Below, piece by piece: positions 28,950 to 42,757 of a stretch of 64,000 bases of DNA. The stretch is taken from assembly GCF_009914755.1 (NCBI RefSeq), contig NC_060928.1; one strand, written 5' to 3'. The notes under the pieces are model-generated. The model ran no database searches. It was not told the origin of the DNA and saw nothing but the letters and a program-made list of their open reading frames with translations. The stretch is from the human T2T-CHM13v2.0 reference genome, Homo sapiens. The stretch's first letter is position 1. The number at the start of each line of letters is the position of its first letter. The position numbers and the translations under genes are program-made.

Positions 28950-31900
28950 ACTTTCAGGTTCAGTACTAGGCAGTTGGCAACAAAATGCAGGGGCCAAAAA
29001 AGAAAATGTCAGAAAAGTTTGAACTCATAAACAACTGGAAAATATGGAGAGGAAATAGCAGCAGAAATTTGAGGTTAGGCTGAGATGAAAGCAAAATATG
29101 TGAAAGACATTTTAGATGAGATACCAGAATGAGATTAAACATGCGACATGAAGAAAAGGTATTGACAAGAGGAAGTATGATAAAAATAAAATAAACTAAG
29201 AAGCTAAAGTTTCAACAGCAAATTAAAATCCACATTGGTCACAACAAAAGGGACTCACACTAGGTGAAAATAAATCAGTGACGTAGAGAACATATTGAAG
29301 AAGGGTTTGTTCTCAGTACATGGAAAGACCGAAAACAGTAATAAGATGTGGAGAACAGAGATACAACTCAAGTATGACAGGTTTTTAAAAACTAGAATAG
29401 AAAATACGATCAATGACTTTATTAAGCTAATCTTTGGAGAAGTGGGAAGCTGGAGGATGAATAATGCAGATTGAGTGGGCTCACTATGAGACAGGAAAAA
29501 GTAAGGAGAGTTGCTCATGTTTAAAAGCACCCTAGCAAATCTTTTTGATTATAAGGAAAAAGAAACAATCTTAAAAGTATTGAGCAAGTACTTTAACTTA
29601 CATTTTCTACTAAAATAAATCAGAATCCATTAAAAAATTAGAGAATCTGTGTGACAGAAACTTGAGATAATGGACTACCAAGTTTATTTGAGAAAAAACT
29701 TCAACTTAAGAAGTTTATATTTAGTCAGGTATTTTGCTCATGTAAGAAGAAAATAAATATAAGAATTTTTGGATATCCAAAATTTTAGAGAAGATAGCCA
29801 TTCTGTCATTATGAAAGTATTAACCAAAACATATTCTAACCAATGAGGAATTAAACAAAATAAAAAGCTTAAAAAGAAATTACATTATTAAAATTACTGA
29901 AGTAAACTTAAATAATTATTGTAAATTTATTTATAAGACATGAATGTAAAATATTGGTAATAAAGAAAAATACGTAATGTAACATAATTATTGCTAATTT
30001 AGTAGCAATAATCTGGTTACAATGACCAAATAATATAAAAATACTTAGGAACTAGAAAAAAATGTTTTTTCATTCATTACTTTATTAATAAAAAAAGATA
30101 AAAAATCTGAAATTTTAAAAAGTAACCACTACTTTCAAATTCCTTCATATATATGTATATATGTATATACAAATACATATATATGTCTTTATAACCACAT
30201 ACAAAACAAGATTATGTATAACAGCAGTCATCACAATAAATTCATATCAGTTAAAACATTCTCACAGAGCAGTAACAGTCATTGAGGACAAATGGTGCTG
30301 TGTTAATCATCTGCATAACGATAGTTCATTAAAACCTCAAAGATATCTTATGAGATATTATTTTCCTTTTTAAAATGGATTATTTGTAACCAAGGACACA
30401 GAGCTAAGAAATGGTAGAGGTGAAATTTGAACTCAATTCTGTTATACTCTGAAGGCCAAACTTGTACTCACCTTCTGTACTATTCACGTAATCGTATTAA
30501 CAACTCTCACTACAACTTTCCTGAGCTTTAACAGAAGCCTGAAACACGACAAAGCACATTACATATATTAGCTCCTTTAACTCTTGCAACAACTCTGTTA
30601 GAAGGGGATTATTTACCTTCATTTTATAGACAAAGAAACTGGAGTTTACAAAAATGGAATGAGAAAGAGCTTTGAGCCCTCATCTACCTGGCTCCAAATA
30701 CCATGTTATACAATCTCCCTCATAAAAAGATACAGACTGAAATGTGGACAAAAGACTGTAGCGGCAGAAAAACTCCACCTCTATCTTCTTAGGATACCAG
30801 CCAGGACTGAGAATTAAATTGATGTAAAATAGATTAACAAGAGAAAAGCATAATAGTTTCACATGGCACTGGAGTCCTCAAAGAAAATGAAGACTCAAAG
30901 AAGCAGTTAGTCGGTTACTTACCTACTGAATTAGACAAGAATAGTAAACTGTGAAAATGGGGAGGCTTAAAAGATAAGAGTTATTCTACCAAGGTCTGTA
31001 CAGAATTCTTTTAGTCTCAACTTCTCCTCTGTGAAGATAAGGATATTGCTTTTCCTTCTTGTATAGAGTGAGTGTCTTTACCGTGGGAATTTAGTCTTCT
31101 GCTTTTGGGAAACAACTGAAAGGTCAGAATCATCTTTCTTGCACCTGCTTTTTTTCAATTTAAATAGTTGATGTGCCAGAGTGGTATATTTTTAACTTCT
31201 TCAAGCCAAAATAAAACTATGTTCTGCTTTAAAAAGATACATCCCCGAAAATACCAAGGAAATACTCATTAATAAAATTATGTCAAGTGATAAATAAAAA
31301 GTAAAAATATCACTAGACTAATGACCAAGGAATGTTTGTATACATTTTTAACTCAATAGTTAACCAGGATAAGTTTTGCCAGTGAGTTATTTCAAATTCA
31401 AATAAGAGAATTTTTATATTATATGAACCATCTCATGGAGTAGAACTATTAATGTACTAGTTATTTTATTTTAAAAAACATGATGATTTCAGTTGATGAA
31501 AAAGACAAAATTATAGTTCAACTATTCATAATTTTTAAAAAATCTTATAAAATAGAAAGAGAATAATTTCTCAACATTATCAGAAATTTCTTATTAGTTC
31601 AGAAGTAGAGGTATTCGTGTTAGGGATAGAAACAAGATAAGGATGCCTACTATTAATATTTTTACTTACCATTATCCTGGAAGTTTCTAGCAACTGCAAT
31701 AACATGCATCTAAAATAAAACGTGTAATTATTGGGAAGGAGATACTTTCTCCATTATTTTTAGATGATATACGTACATGCCAGAAAACCTGAAAACATCA
31801 ACTATAAGACTCTTAAAAATTATTTTAACTAGCTGGATATAATTAATACATAATTCACTTTTTTATATACCAGAAATATTAGTTTGGCGACATCATGAAA

Positions 31901-32880
31901 GAAAAGAAATTATTCACTGTAAATTCAAAACATACACAAAAACTACCTATTAAAAAGATAGAATAATGCTATTTTCCTAACGGGAAATTAAATCCTCTCA
32001 ACTCTTTCTATAATAACTTATACATGTAAGGGAATCCCAGTCATTTTGATAATTTACTTTTCCTTTAGGGAGAGAGATGACAGTTTGAAAGAATGTTTCT
32101 AAATTGATAGAGAAGATAATTAAGAAGAATTGAAAGGTAATCACTTGGGAAAAAAAAAGATTAGGGCAGGACTAGTGGCCATATGTGATATTAAAGTCTG
32201 TTACTTACTCAATGCTCTAAGCTACAGGACTCAGTGTTATAATGACACAAGAATCACTGGCAATGAGAGAAAGGTTTAGATTATAAAATTATTATAAAGC
32301 TTGTGTACTTATTTGAATTGAATAATGCAAAATGCTATCAAAAGTGAAACAGTACAAACACTCCCTCATCCTACTGGTGAGACTGTACATGACAACACAT
32401 TCCAGGAAAGGAGATTGACACTAAGTATACATCAATAGCTTTAAAAGTGATCATACTCAAAAATTATATTTTTATGAGTCTATGCCAACCAAATAAATAA
32501 TGCAGCCAGTGATTCACATAAAAGACTTAGAAGCTCCAACAACATATAATTGTGGAGAAAAGTGGAAACAATAAAAAATCCCTTAGTAAGAGAATGATTA
32601 AATACTTTATTGAATATACAAACTTTGGAATATAATGCTCCCATTAAAAACCATTTTTCAAAGAATATTTAATGTTATGGAAAGATTCTTAGGCTACATG
32701 ACTAAGAGAAAAGAGCAGGAACTATGTCAGTATAACCCTAATTCAGAAAAAAGGAAAGAAATGGATACTTAAAAAGGACCACCAAGACGTTTACGATACC
32801 TGTTTCTGAAGAGTATAATAATGAGTGGCAGTTATTTCAGTTTTCAGTACTCTTCTGTATTTTCTAAGTGGTGGAGAAAA
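28950..32880 (+). mobile_element. Highly decayed L1M-type fragments (ORF1/ORF2/3' remnants), interrupted; boundaries approximate
   Basis: Strong A-rich strand bias and L1 remnants such as aacaagataaggatgcctac...cctggaagtttctagcaactgcaataa (about 31630-31700). Confidence 0.55.
30760..31203 (-). mobile_element. Old ERV1-type LTR (MER31/MER67-like); family uncertain
   Basis: atagattaacaagagaaaagca and gtgccagagtggtatattt motifs typical of this LTR group; ends ...ttca. Confidence 0.45.
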
Positions 32881-32925
32881 AAAATCATGTTCTAAAATCA
32901 CAATCATTAAAATAAAACATCAAAT

Positions 32926-33247
32926 ACCAGGTGTGGTGGCTCACACCTGTAATCCCAGCACTTTGGGAGGCCAAGGCAGGCAGATCACTTGAGGCCAGGA
33001 GTTCGAGACCAGCCTGGCCAATATTGCGAGACCCCATCTTTACTAAAAATACAAAAACTAGCCAGTTATGGTGGCGCACGCCTGTAATCCCTCTACTCAA
33101 GAGGCTGAGACAGGAGAATCACTTGAACTCAGGAGGCGGAGATTGCAGTGAGCCGAGATCACGCCACTGCACTCCAGCCAGGGAGATGGAGACTGCCTCA
33201 AAACAAAAACAAAAACAAAATGAAACAAAACAAAACAAACAAACAAA
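32926..33247 (+). mobile_element. Alu with (CAAAA)n tail
   Basis: Full Alu dimer followed by caaaa repeats. Confidence 0.9.
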
Positions 33248-33415
33248 TCTCAAAGAATATATGCAACCCTAAAGTTAAGGGGATGCAGAGGCCTTACTTG
33301 GAACTTACAAATAAATCGATAGACCAAGCATCTCCTAATGGACCTGAGCTTATATACCTACCAAGTCCCAAATTAAATAACAAAAAATAACTTAAGCTTT
33401 AAATCTTTGTCACTA

Positions 33416-33580
33416 GTTCTCGCTCTCTCTCTCTCTCTCTTGCTCTCTCTCTCTTTCTCTTTCTCTCTCTCTCTCCTGCTCTCTCTCTCTTTCTCTCTTT
33501 CTCTCTCCCTGTTTCTCTATTTCTCTCTCTCTCTCTCTTTCTCTCTCTCTCGCTTTCTCTCTCTCTCTCTTTTTTTTTCT
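33416..33580 (+). repeat. Long (CT)n/pyrimidine microsatellite at an Alu tail
   Basis: About 160 nt almost all C/T, directly adjoining the antisense Alu. Confidence 0.93.
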
Positions 33581-33842
<262 letters not shown>

Positions 33843-36412
33843 TAAGTCCTATTACTGAAAAGTTCTTTCCAAGTGCCATAAACTAATTTGGTATGATGGT
33901 ACAGTATGGTGTGACATCACATTGATACTTATAGTATGACATAGTACTTACAGCATGGTATATCTGGCATGGATTGAAATGGTATGCATTCCATGGGAAA
34001 GCCTAATTATAAAGTGGCAGAAATTTTTTATATTGTAAAAGCAATATAGTATTATTATAGAAAGTTAGAGATCATAAGAAAATAATTACATATGTAATAT
34101 GGCATCACAATAGAATAACACATATTTTAAAATTTCTTTTCATGCTTTATTATATATACAACTTTGATACTGCTAAAATTTTAACGTGTATATAATTTTG
34201 TATCCTGCTTTTGTACTTGTTATAATATAATAAGCACTTTCTATGTTGCCACAATCTTTATTTTTTAAATGACTACGTGATTTTTATTAAGTAAATATTT
34301 TCTATTTTAATTACTTTTTGTTGGGCAATCAAGTTGTTTTCTTTCAAATTTTCAATAAAGTCCTTCCAGCCAGTCTCCTAGTAAATAATTTTAATGAAAA
34401 GCCCAATTTACATTCTTACCTAATCTGTAGATTTATATACTCACTACAATGGGTTGGTTGATGTTTATATGACCAATATTTGATCAAATGTAAATACTTG
34501 TAAAGAGAAATTTTTTAAAAGGAATTAATTTTAAAAACTGTAGTTTACCTTAAAGCTTTTACACTAAAAGACAAGAGTCTACCATACATACAGTTAGCTG
34601 TCTGACAAATGCTTTTTAATGAAAATTATATTAAATTCATACTAACTCTTCTGAAGGTAAACTAAAAAAAATACAAAATTAGGAAGACAGAAAACCTTTC
34701 ATTACTTCTTTTTACCCATCAAATTCTTATCTAAATGCAATAAAGAAATCTTGTAAACCCTACCAAAAATTACAGGTTGCATGTTTTGGTTTGACTTGTA
34801 TACCCTTAGAATAAAAGGTAGTAAAGTGCCTAAATCATTTTTCTTTGCAGCTTCTCATGCTAATCCTAATTTATCAAGACAAATGCTTTAATCTCTTTAC
34901 TCTTAAAAAAAAAAAAGGTAAAAGCAGATTTATGTAAAAATAGATTCTAAAGAGAAAAGACAAGTCAAGAAAGCCTCTCTGTTGAATGGAAATGGTGAGA
35001 AGGGAAAAAGTAAAAAAAAAATAATAATAATAAAAATAAAGAAGAAAGAAAGAAAGCCCCCGTGGGAATCAGAATTATTGGCCACAGAGAAATTTTCTGT
35101 GCACGTGAATCTTTTTGGAAAGAAACCCTCTCCATGTCCCTGTTCCAAGATTCACTGTTACAGTCCTTCTCAAAACTGAGAGGAACACTACAGGCCATTC
35201 CAGAACAATCCCAAGGCTCAAGTCCTCTTCAGACATATAACATTTGCTATCAAATACTTGAAACCTCTTTTCCAGAACAATCAATCCTAGTTATATCAAC
35301 AAATTCTTATTACTGTAGAATTTGAATGCCCTCCCCATTTCCCAAATCCTTGTTAATATCGTCTGGATAGTCAAATTCATCTGTTTCTTTCTTGAAGAGG
35401 CAGTCCCAGAAATGGGCATATCCCTCCAGGGATAGCTCACTGGTATACAGTTAGGTAGGACTGGCTATTCTCTCCTTTCAGACTCTGTGGGCATATTTAG
35501 ATTTGATAGTATATTAAGATGTGTTACCTACCCCTCCTGAAATAATACAAAAAGTATGTTGCACTTAATGGAAATATGTAAATGAGAAGGTACAAACTCA
35601 AATGAGTTCCAGCAGCCAGGCAGGTAGCAGACATGTGTTGTCATCCAGGAACTCTAACGTGTGGCAAGGATTGCAGTAACCTAGAGAGTACATAGCATCC
35701 TTAAAGTCATGCAGGCCTATTTATGTCTTTAAACACCATGGCAGACAAGGGAAACACTGAGTTCACCCATGGTCTGCCAGTTTGCTACCACTGTGCCTCA
35801 AGCCAGGCCACAAATTCCTTTTGTGCTGAGCAAATAATACATAGCATGCTCCAAAATAAACTCTTTTGAAAAGGAAGCATTTCACTACAAAATGACCAAT
35901 TATTTATTTAAAATCTTTCAGAAATAAATTTTCAAATGATCCTAAGCCTTTTGTGACATTTGGATGTTGGTTAACGTCTCCTTTCCCAAAGATAGAAAGA
36001 CTGTTTATTCTAAAGATATTTATTGTTAGTATTAATGTTAACATTTATCTAGCTTACTGTGTGGCAGGCACTATGCTAAGTATTTTGTGCACGTGATCTC
36101 TGATAAACCTCAGAAACAGAAGACAAAATTGGCACTGCCATCAACTAGCGAAGTATATAACCTTTGCTACTGCCCTTTCTCTCCTTGTCCTTTTCTGTCT
36201 TAGTAATGAGACACTTTTTTTTCACCCATAAGACTAGTTTCCAGGCACCTCCATCCTTAGAAAGAAACTCATTAAAAGTGTGCTGGTTTATTCTTTAACT
36301 GCTCATAGAGAGTTAAGAAGAAGCTACTCCAATGGCTTATTTGTAGAGTGCTTTTGTTCCCAGTTGTCTACACCTGGACTTTCTGTTAATGCACCCTCCC
36401 CTTGTATTTTAG

Positions 36413-36591
36413 ACAGAGCTCGGATAGAGAGTCCAGCCTTTTCTACTCTCAGGGGCTGTCTAACTGATGGTCAGGAAGAACTCATCCTCCTGCAGGAGAA
36501 AGTAAAGAATGGGAAAATGTCTATGGATGAAGCTCTGGAGAAATTTAAACACTGGCAGATGGGAAAAAGTGGCCTGGAAATGATTCAGCAG
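36413..36591 (+). CDS. BANK1: BANK1 coding exon (approx. exon 12), 179 nt; start of the C-terminal helical/coiled-coil region
   Basis: Acceptor ccttgtattttAG, donor CAG|gtaata. (D)RARIESPAFSTLRGCLTDGQEELILLQEKVKNGKMSMDEALEKFKHWQMGKSGLEMIQQ; lies inside ORF 36280..36681. Confidence 0.95.
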
Positions 36592-39275
36592 GTAATATTG
36601 GCCCAGTGTTTTCTGGGACATTCCCTCACTTGTGGAGCCCCTAGTTTGTTAATGTTTAATTTTCATGAGGAATACAGGTAACTGTTCTTTCATTTTTAAC
36701 TAGCCACTAAGGAAGATACTTCAAGAAATCAAATAATGTTTGAAAATATCCAGATATTATGTTCACCAGCCATTGGTGAAGTCAATCCTCTAACCCAGTA
36801 TACCAAAGCTAATACCTAATCAGCTTATAATACCTGTCTTTAGTAGAGTGAGTGTTTTTTGAATCTTGTTGCTGAAATTAAGGTAAAGCATCTTTACACT
36901 GAAGGGTGTATTATGTATGCCAGGCTTAAAAGGAAAGGGGAGTGAGACAATGATTAAAATCACACTAAGCAACAGTCCTAAATAAAATGCAATAAGTATT
37001 TATCTTCTTTCTCCTTAAACATTTATTTTTATATACGTACACATACACACATTTACATATATATGTTCAAATATTAAGTTAAAATAAGCTCATCTTCTGT
37101 AAATATAACTTACCTCCTGAGATGGGATTGGAGGACATGGTTCTGAGATGAGAATGAAAACAAAATATACCACACACACCCCTTGATATTCCTTAGTGAG
37201 AGATAACACGGTCATATTCCCATATTCCATCTTTCACTCCAAAAATATTTTAACAATTTTTTTCTTCTTATCACAGAAATCCCATTGCTTCAGAACCCAG
37301 TTCTAGATAGCTGTTTGATTAAACACATTTAATAAGCAAATTTAGGCCAAAGTATAAATAATTGATAATAGCTTAATATTGTAACTTTCCCAAGAGATAA
37401 TTTTTGTTTAAAAGACGATGCTTAGGAAAACATTTTTAAACAATAAAAAAGAATCAAAATAGAGAAATTTCACACAATATAGTAGATGGGCCAGGGGACT
37501 TTCCCAGTACATCTGAGATCATGCCTTGTTAGAAACCACCTGTCTCTAAGGGCAGTTATGGTTGTGGGTTGGTGGCTGAACCTCATCCAGATTTTGTGAC
37601 ACTAAGCAAAGGCAGTTGTTATGTTGCCAAATAAATGCTAAAGAATACTGATTGTAGAGTTCTGCAACTCTTCATTGTTCATGATCAGAATTACAATATT
37701 GCTTCTCAATCATGTCAATGTCATCACCAATACACATGTGTTTAGGTGCAGACCTACAAATCACTTTCCTAGCAATGTTAGATTTTATAGATTTTGTTGA
37801 AGTAAGTCAATTGTATTTCATCCTCCTAAGACCCTTAAATAATAACGTTTTCCATTTAGAGTTATCCAACCTAAATATCATTTTGGAAATTATTTCACTA
37901 GTTGTTTCATCAAACCCTGGTTGTTTCTATTTTGTTTGTATATTTAAATTTAATCTTGTTTTAGGAAGAATTTAAGGTGCTTCATACTCACTACTTAGAG
38001 ACTGATCTGACTCACCTAATAATAAGGTTATAATGGGATAATGAATATTGTTCATGCTTATTTTAAAAAATTATTTTTTTAAATAAAGGCCAACAGATAC
38101 TAAGATTACTTTCCATAAGCAACAAAGTTTAATGACTTGGTCTGAATTCTGTCAGAGGAATCAGTCAGTCCTTAACATAAGGGACTGGGCCAAAATCCAA
38201 ACAACAAAAAGATGAATATTCCTCCTGTTTCCTCAACACACACACGTGCAAACAAAGATGCATTCCTATGTACTTTTCAATATTTTTCTTGCAGCTTGGA
38301 AAAGTATTTGTTTGTATCCTATGAATATAAATGAAGTTATCAGAGGTAACTGAAGTCATATTATTATTGATGAAGGAATTAATCTAGGAAACTAAGAAAA
38401 AAATGGCACAAACATGGAGTTAATAGGGGAAGCTGGCTTCCAGAATAACTAAGAATCATGTAGAATCCCTGGCGTTGAAGATGAAATGGTGGAGAAGGGA
38501 AAACCTTGCCCTTCACTGTCCTCACCCCTACTCACAGTCACAGAGTAAGAAGAAGAGTTTGGCACCACTGGTAGGAGAGATCTGTAAGGCAATGGAAACA
38601 ATTAAATAGGAAAAGTGGTTTCTAGGTTTCCAGGAAAATCCTGAGGAAAGAGTGCTATTCTTAAGTTCTGTTCTAAAACAAGATTATTAAATGTTAGCTT
38701 GTTTTACATTTTGCTTAAAAAGATAATGTTCAATATTTGGAAATCAAAGAAAGATCACAGATGTGCTAAGAAGAGGAATCCTGTTATGTTCATCTGCTTT
38801 TAAGTCTCTGATTTTTAGAATTAGAACACTGGGAAGGAATGTGCCATACAGAGGCTGAGATGGGCTCAGGCAGCAGCAAACCATCACTATGTAGCCCTTC
38901 TGCTTTTGGACACCAAATAGCCAATACAGACCCCACAAGAATTGGGTTGGCAAAACAACTTCCCAAAGAATTGCACTCTAGGATCCAATCTTGACTCTAC
39001 CACTTATAACTATGAATTGGGAAAGTTACTGTACCTCTCTGTACCTCAGTTTCCATATCTACAACATGGAATGACGACATTTTACATCCACTTCATTAAG
39101 CTGTGAGAATTAAGTAAGATAACGTGGAAAGTATCAAGGATGGCAATTGAGACATCATAAGTAGCAAATTAATATCAAGTAGCAGCATTGGTATTGCTAA
39201 TAGTAGTTGATGTTTTCATCTTGATCCATAAAAATTTGAAAATCATAACTATGTCCTGGTTGTTTCCACATTAAG

Positions 39276-39339
39276 GAGAAATTACGACAACTACGAGACT
39301 GCATTATTGGGAAAAGGCCAGAAGAAGAAAATGTCTATA
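39276..39339 (+). CDS. BANK1: BANK1 coding exon (approx. exon 13), 64 nt
   Basis: Acceptor tttccacattaAG, donor ATA|gtaagt. EKLRQLRDCIIGKRPEEENVY(N). Confidence 0.93.
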
Positions 39340-39395
39340 GTAAGTAAGATTCGCCTGCTATTCAAAAATAATAGAGTGATTACGTTGAAAATTCA

Positions 39396-39590
39396 AGGAC
39401 TGTGGAGATGATTGGGCCTGAGTTCAAATCTAAACCTCAACAATTCCCAGCTGTCTAACCTGGAGAGGGTCTTAATCTCTGGTAGTCAAATTCCTTGTCT
39501 GCAAAATATGCATCTATAATTATATATGCATCTGAGGGTGCTTGTGTAAGTTAACATATAAAATACTTATCATATTCTCTGGTTCATAAT
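39396..39590 (+). mobile_element. MIR relic (one of several MIR/L2 relics in the window)
   Basis: gcctgagttcaaatc...cagctgtctaacctgg...cttaatctct...ttccttgtctgcaaaat resembles the MIR core. Confidence 0.6.
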
Positions 39591-39637
39591 GAAAGTTCAT
39601 AATGAACCAGAGAATATGATAAGTATTTTATATGTTA
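39552..39637. repeat. Perfect 36-bp inverted repeat with 14-nt spacer
   Basis: taacatataaaatacttatcatattctctggttcat (39552-39587) is the exact reverse complement of 39602-39637. Confidence 0.95.
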
Positions 39638-39742
39638 TAAATATAATAAATGCTTGTTACTCTCTTTCTTTTGATGTCTATGTAAGTTGCAAATAGGACA
39701 ACTCTGCTCAATTTTTTAATGATCCATTATATAAGAAATCAA

Positions 39743-40036
39743 GGCCAGGCATGATGGCCCCCACCTGTAATCCCAGCACTTTGGGAGGCCGAGGCGGATG
39801 GATCACTTGAGGATAGGAGTTCAAGACCAGCCTGCCAAATGGTGAAACCCCATCTCTACTAAAAATATAAAAATTAGCCGGCCATGATGGTGCATGCCTG
39901 TAATCCCAGCTACTCGGGATGCTGAGGCAGGAGAACCCCCCCGGAAGGCACAGAGATTGCAGTGAGCCAAGATCACAGCATTACACGCCAGCCTGGGTGA
40001 CAGAGCAAGACTCTATCTCAAAAAAAAAAAAAAAAA
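39743..40036 (+). mobile_element. AluS-type SINE
   Basis: Alu dimer with poly(A); TSD-like aagaaatcaa / aagaaatgaa. Confidence 0.9.
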
Positions 40037-42362
40037 GAAATGAAATGATTAAAGAGACATGCTTTTTAATAAGTTAAAATATTAATACAGTGAATTCTCA
40101 CAATTGTCAACATGTGTATCATTTTAAAATTTCTAATAATTGAAAGTTGCTTTGGCAGTGGAGGTTAGGGGAGGGGATACTAAGCCAATCAAACATTATT
40201 AAGAAGGTAAAACTTTTGCTAAAATAAACAACACATTCCAAAATTAAAAATAAATTACGTTATCACTATCTGACCACTGTTTCCCCAAGACTCTCCCCCT
40301 GCACAGATAATTAAAAACTAGCAGCCACTAAAAGAGTGTGAAAGCTTCCATCTCTTCCATTTTCATTAATATTGCATAGCTTTTAGCTAGTCCTTCGTGT
40401 TGAAATTCATTTCTCTTCATATTATACAGTTATCTTTTTTTCTAGAGAGAATTCTTAAGCACTTTAAAATGTTTTCTAAAACACAAATATACTTTCTAAA
40501 ATAATTAAGGTCATAAAGACAGGGCCATCTTACAGACACCTCCATTCTAATATGAGTAAGATTAAAATTTTAATGATTTATAAAATTACAAGTTATATAA
40601 ATAATTTTACCAAGGAGCATTAAAAAGCTAACATTTATTATCACCTATACATTATTGTTTCTTACAATAACTCTATGAGGTGGGCAATATTTCCAGTTTA
40701 TAAATAAGGAAACTGAGGCCCTGAGAAACTGAAAAATTAAAGGACACATATTAAGTGAGAAGCCATTCTGTTTAATTCAAAATCAATGCTCTTAATTATC
40801 AGTGCCTTAATTATGAATCAATTAGTTCTCCTTTCAGCCGCACTGGAATAAATAATACTACACAAATCTTTCTATTGCACAGGACACTATTACTAGGCAA
40901 ATATATGAAGCAAGTGATATTAGGAGGCAGACAGTAGGTAGCCAAAGACTATGAATAATTCTAGAGACAAGCAGTACTCCTGAGGTGGGTCTCATTATGG
41001 CCCTGGTCTCTGCCAGAGGAATATTTCCTGACTACACTCTGAGCAAAACAAAGAAGTTCTGTTGAACTGAGAAGACAGAGATCTTAGTTCAGGGCAGCTG
41101 AAGCTGCTAGAATATGTGTGGTGGGTCTCTGAGAGCAGGTGGCTGTGTAGAGAGGTAGCCTAAGAGGTCCATGGGAAGGATTCCACAAGTCTGTGGCTGA
41201 GAGATGAGCTGTACATGTGTAAAGCAAAACAGTCAAAGCATGCAAGACAGCAACTTCTAGGGTATTGAAAGCAAAAGAGAGACACTAGAGGTTGAGCAGA
41301 GTTGAGGAAAAAGCCAGCCTGGGAGTGTTTAAGTTCTGGCCCTGTCAAATTAGGGAGATCTTAACACCTCCATAAAATACCTGACATTCTGCTGTGACAC
41401 CCAAAAGATGTAATGAGTAAGAACTATGATTTAGAGTAAGATCTACTCTAGACATGCCCTAACAAAATCTCAAACCAAGCCCCAACAAGATCTATCTGGG
41501 AGACAGAGTTTGTAGGCTGACTGAATCTACAAACTCAGGGCCTTAAAAAGAAAACACCTTGGGCTTTCTATCACAAAAAGCCCATGGTGAAAAAGAATAA
41601 AATTAAGTCTATACAAGTTCTTGACAGTAATTGAGTTGCCTACTAAAACGAGAACTACCGTCATCAGAAGAATATTCTAGAATCCAGAATATACAACACA
41701 TTATCTATAATGTCCAGTGTTCAATTAAAAAAAGAAGACATACAAAGATACAGGAAACTGTAATCTTAATGAAGAAAAAGAAACTATAGACGGAACCTGA
41801 GATGTTGGATGTTGTTGATCTTAGCAAACAGACTTTAAAGCACCTTAAACACTGAATTAGTGAAAAATGTGGTTTAAAGGAGAGAATAAATAGGGAATCT
41901 CAGCAGAAAAAAAAATGAAACTATATAAAAGAACCAAGTAGAAAGTATAGAAAGTAAAAGTACAATAAAATATATAAAAATTAATCAGATGAACTTATTA
42001 TCAAATTGGAGATGACAAATTAAGAGTTAGTAAACAAAATTAAGACAGACCAATAGAAATTATCCAATTTGATTTTCAGAGAGATAAAAAGACTTTGAAA
42101 ATGAACAGAGTCCCAGCGACATTTAGGACAATATAATGCATTCTAAAATGCATGTAATTAGAACCCAAAAGGAGAAAAGAGTGAAAAGAGCCAAAATATT
42201 TTTTAAAAAATGATGACCAAAAACTTGCCAAATTTAATGCAAACCACTTGCATATTGCTGAAAAAACTTTTAAAAACCAAAATTAGCATAACTGTTAAAA
42301 GAAGGACTTCTAGGCAATTTATTTTCAAGCTACTTTAAGCCAAGGTAAAAAGAAATTCTTGA

Positions 42363-42757
<395 letters not shown>

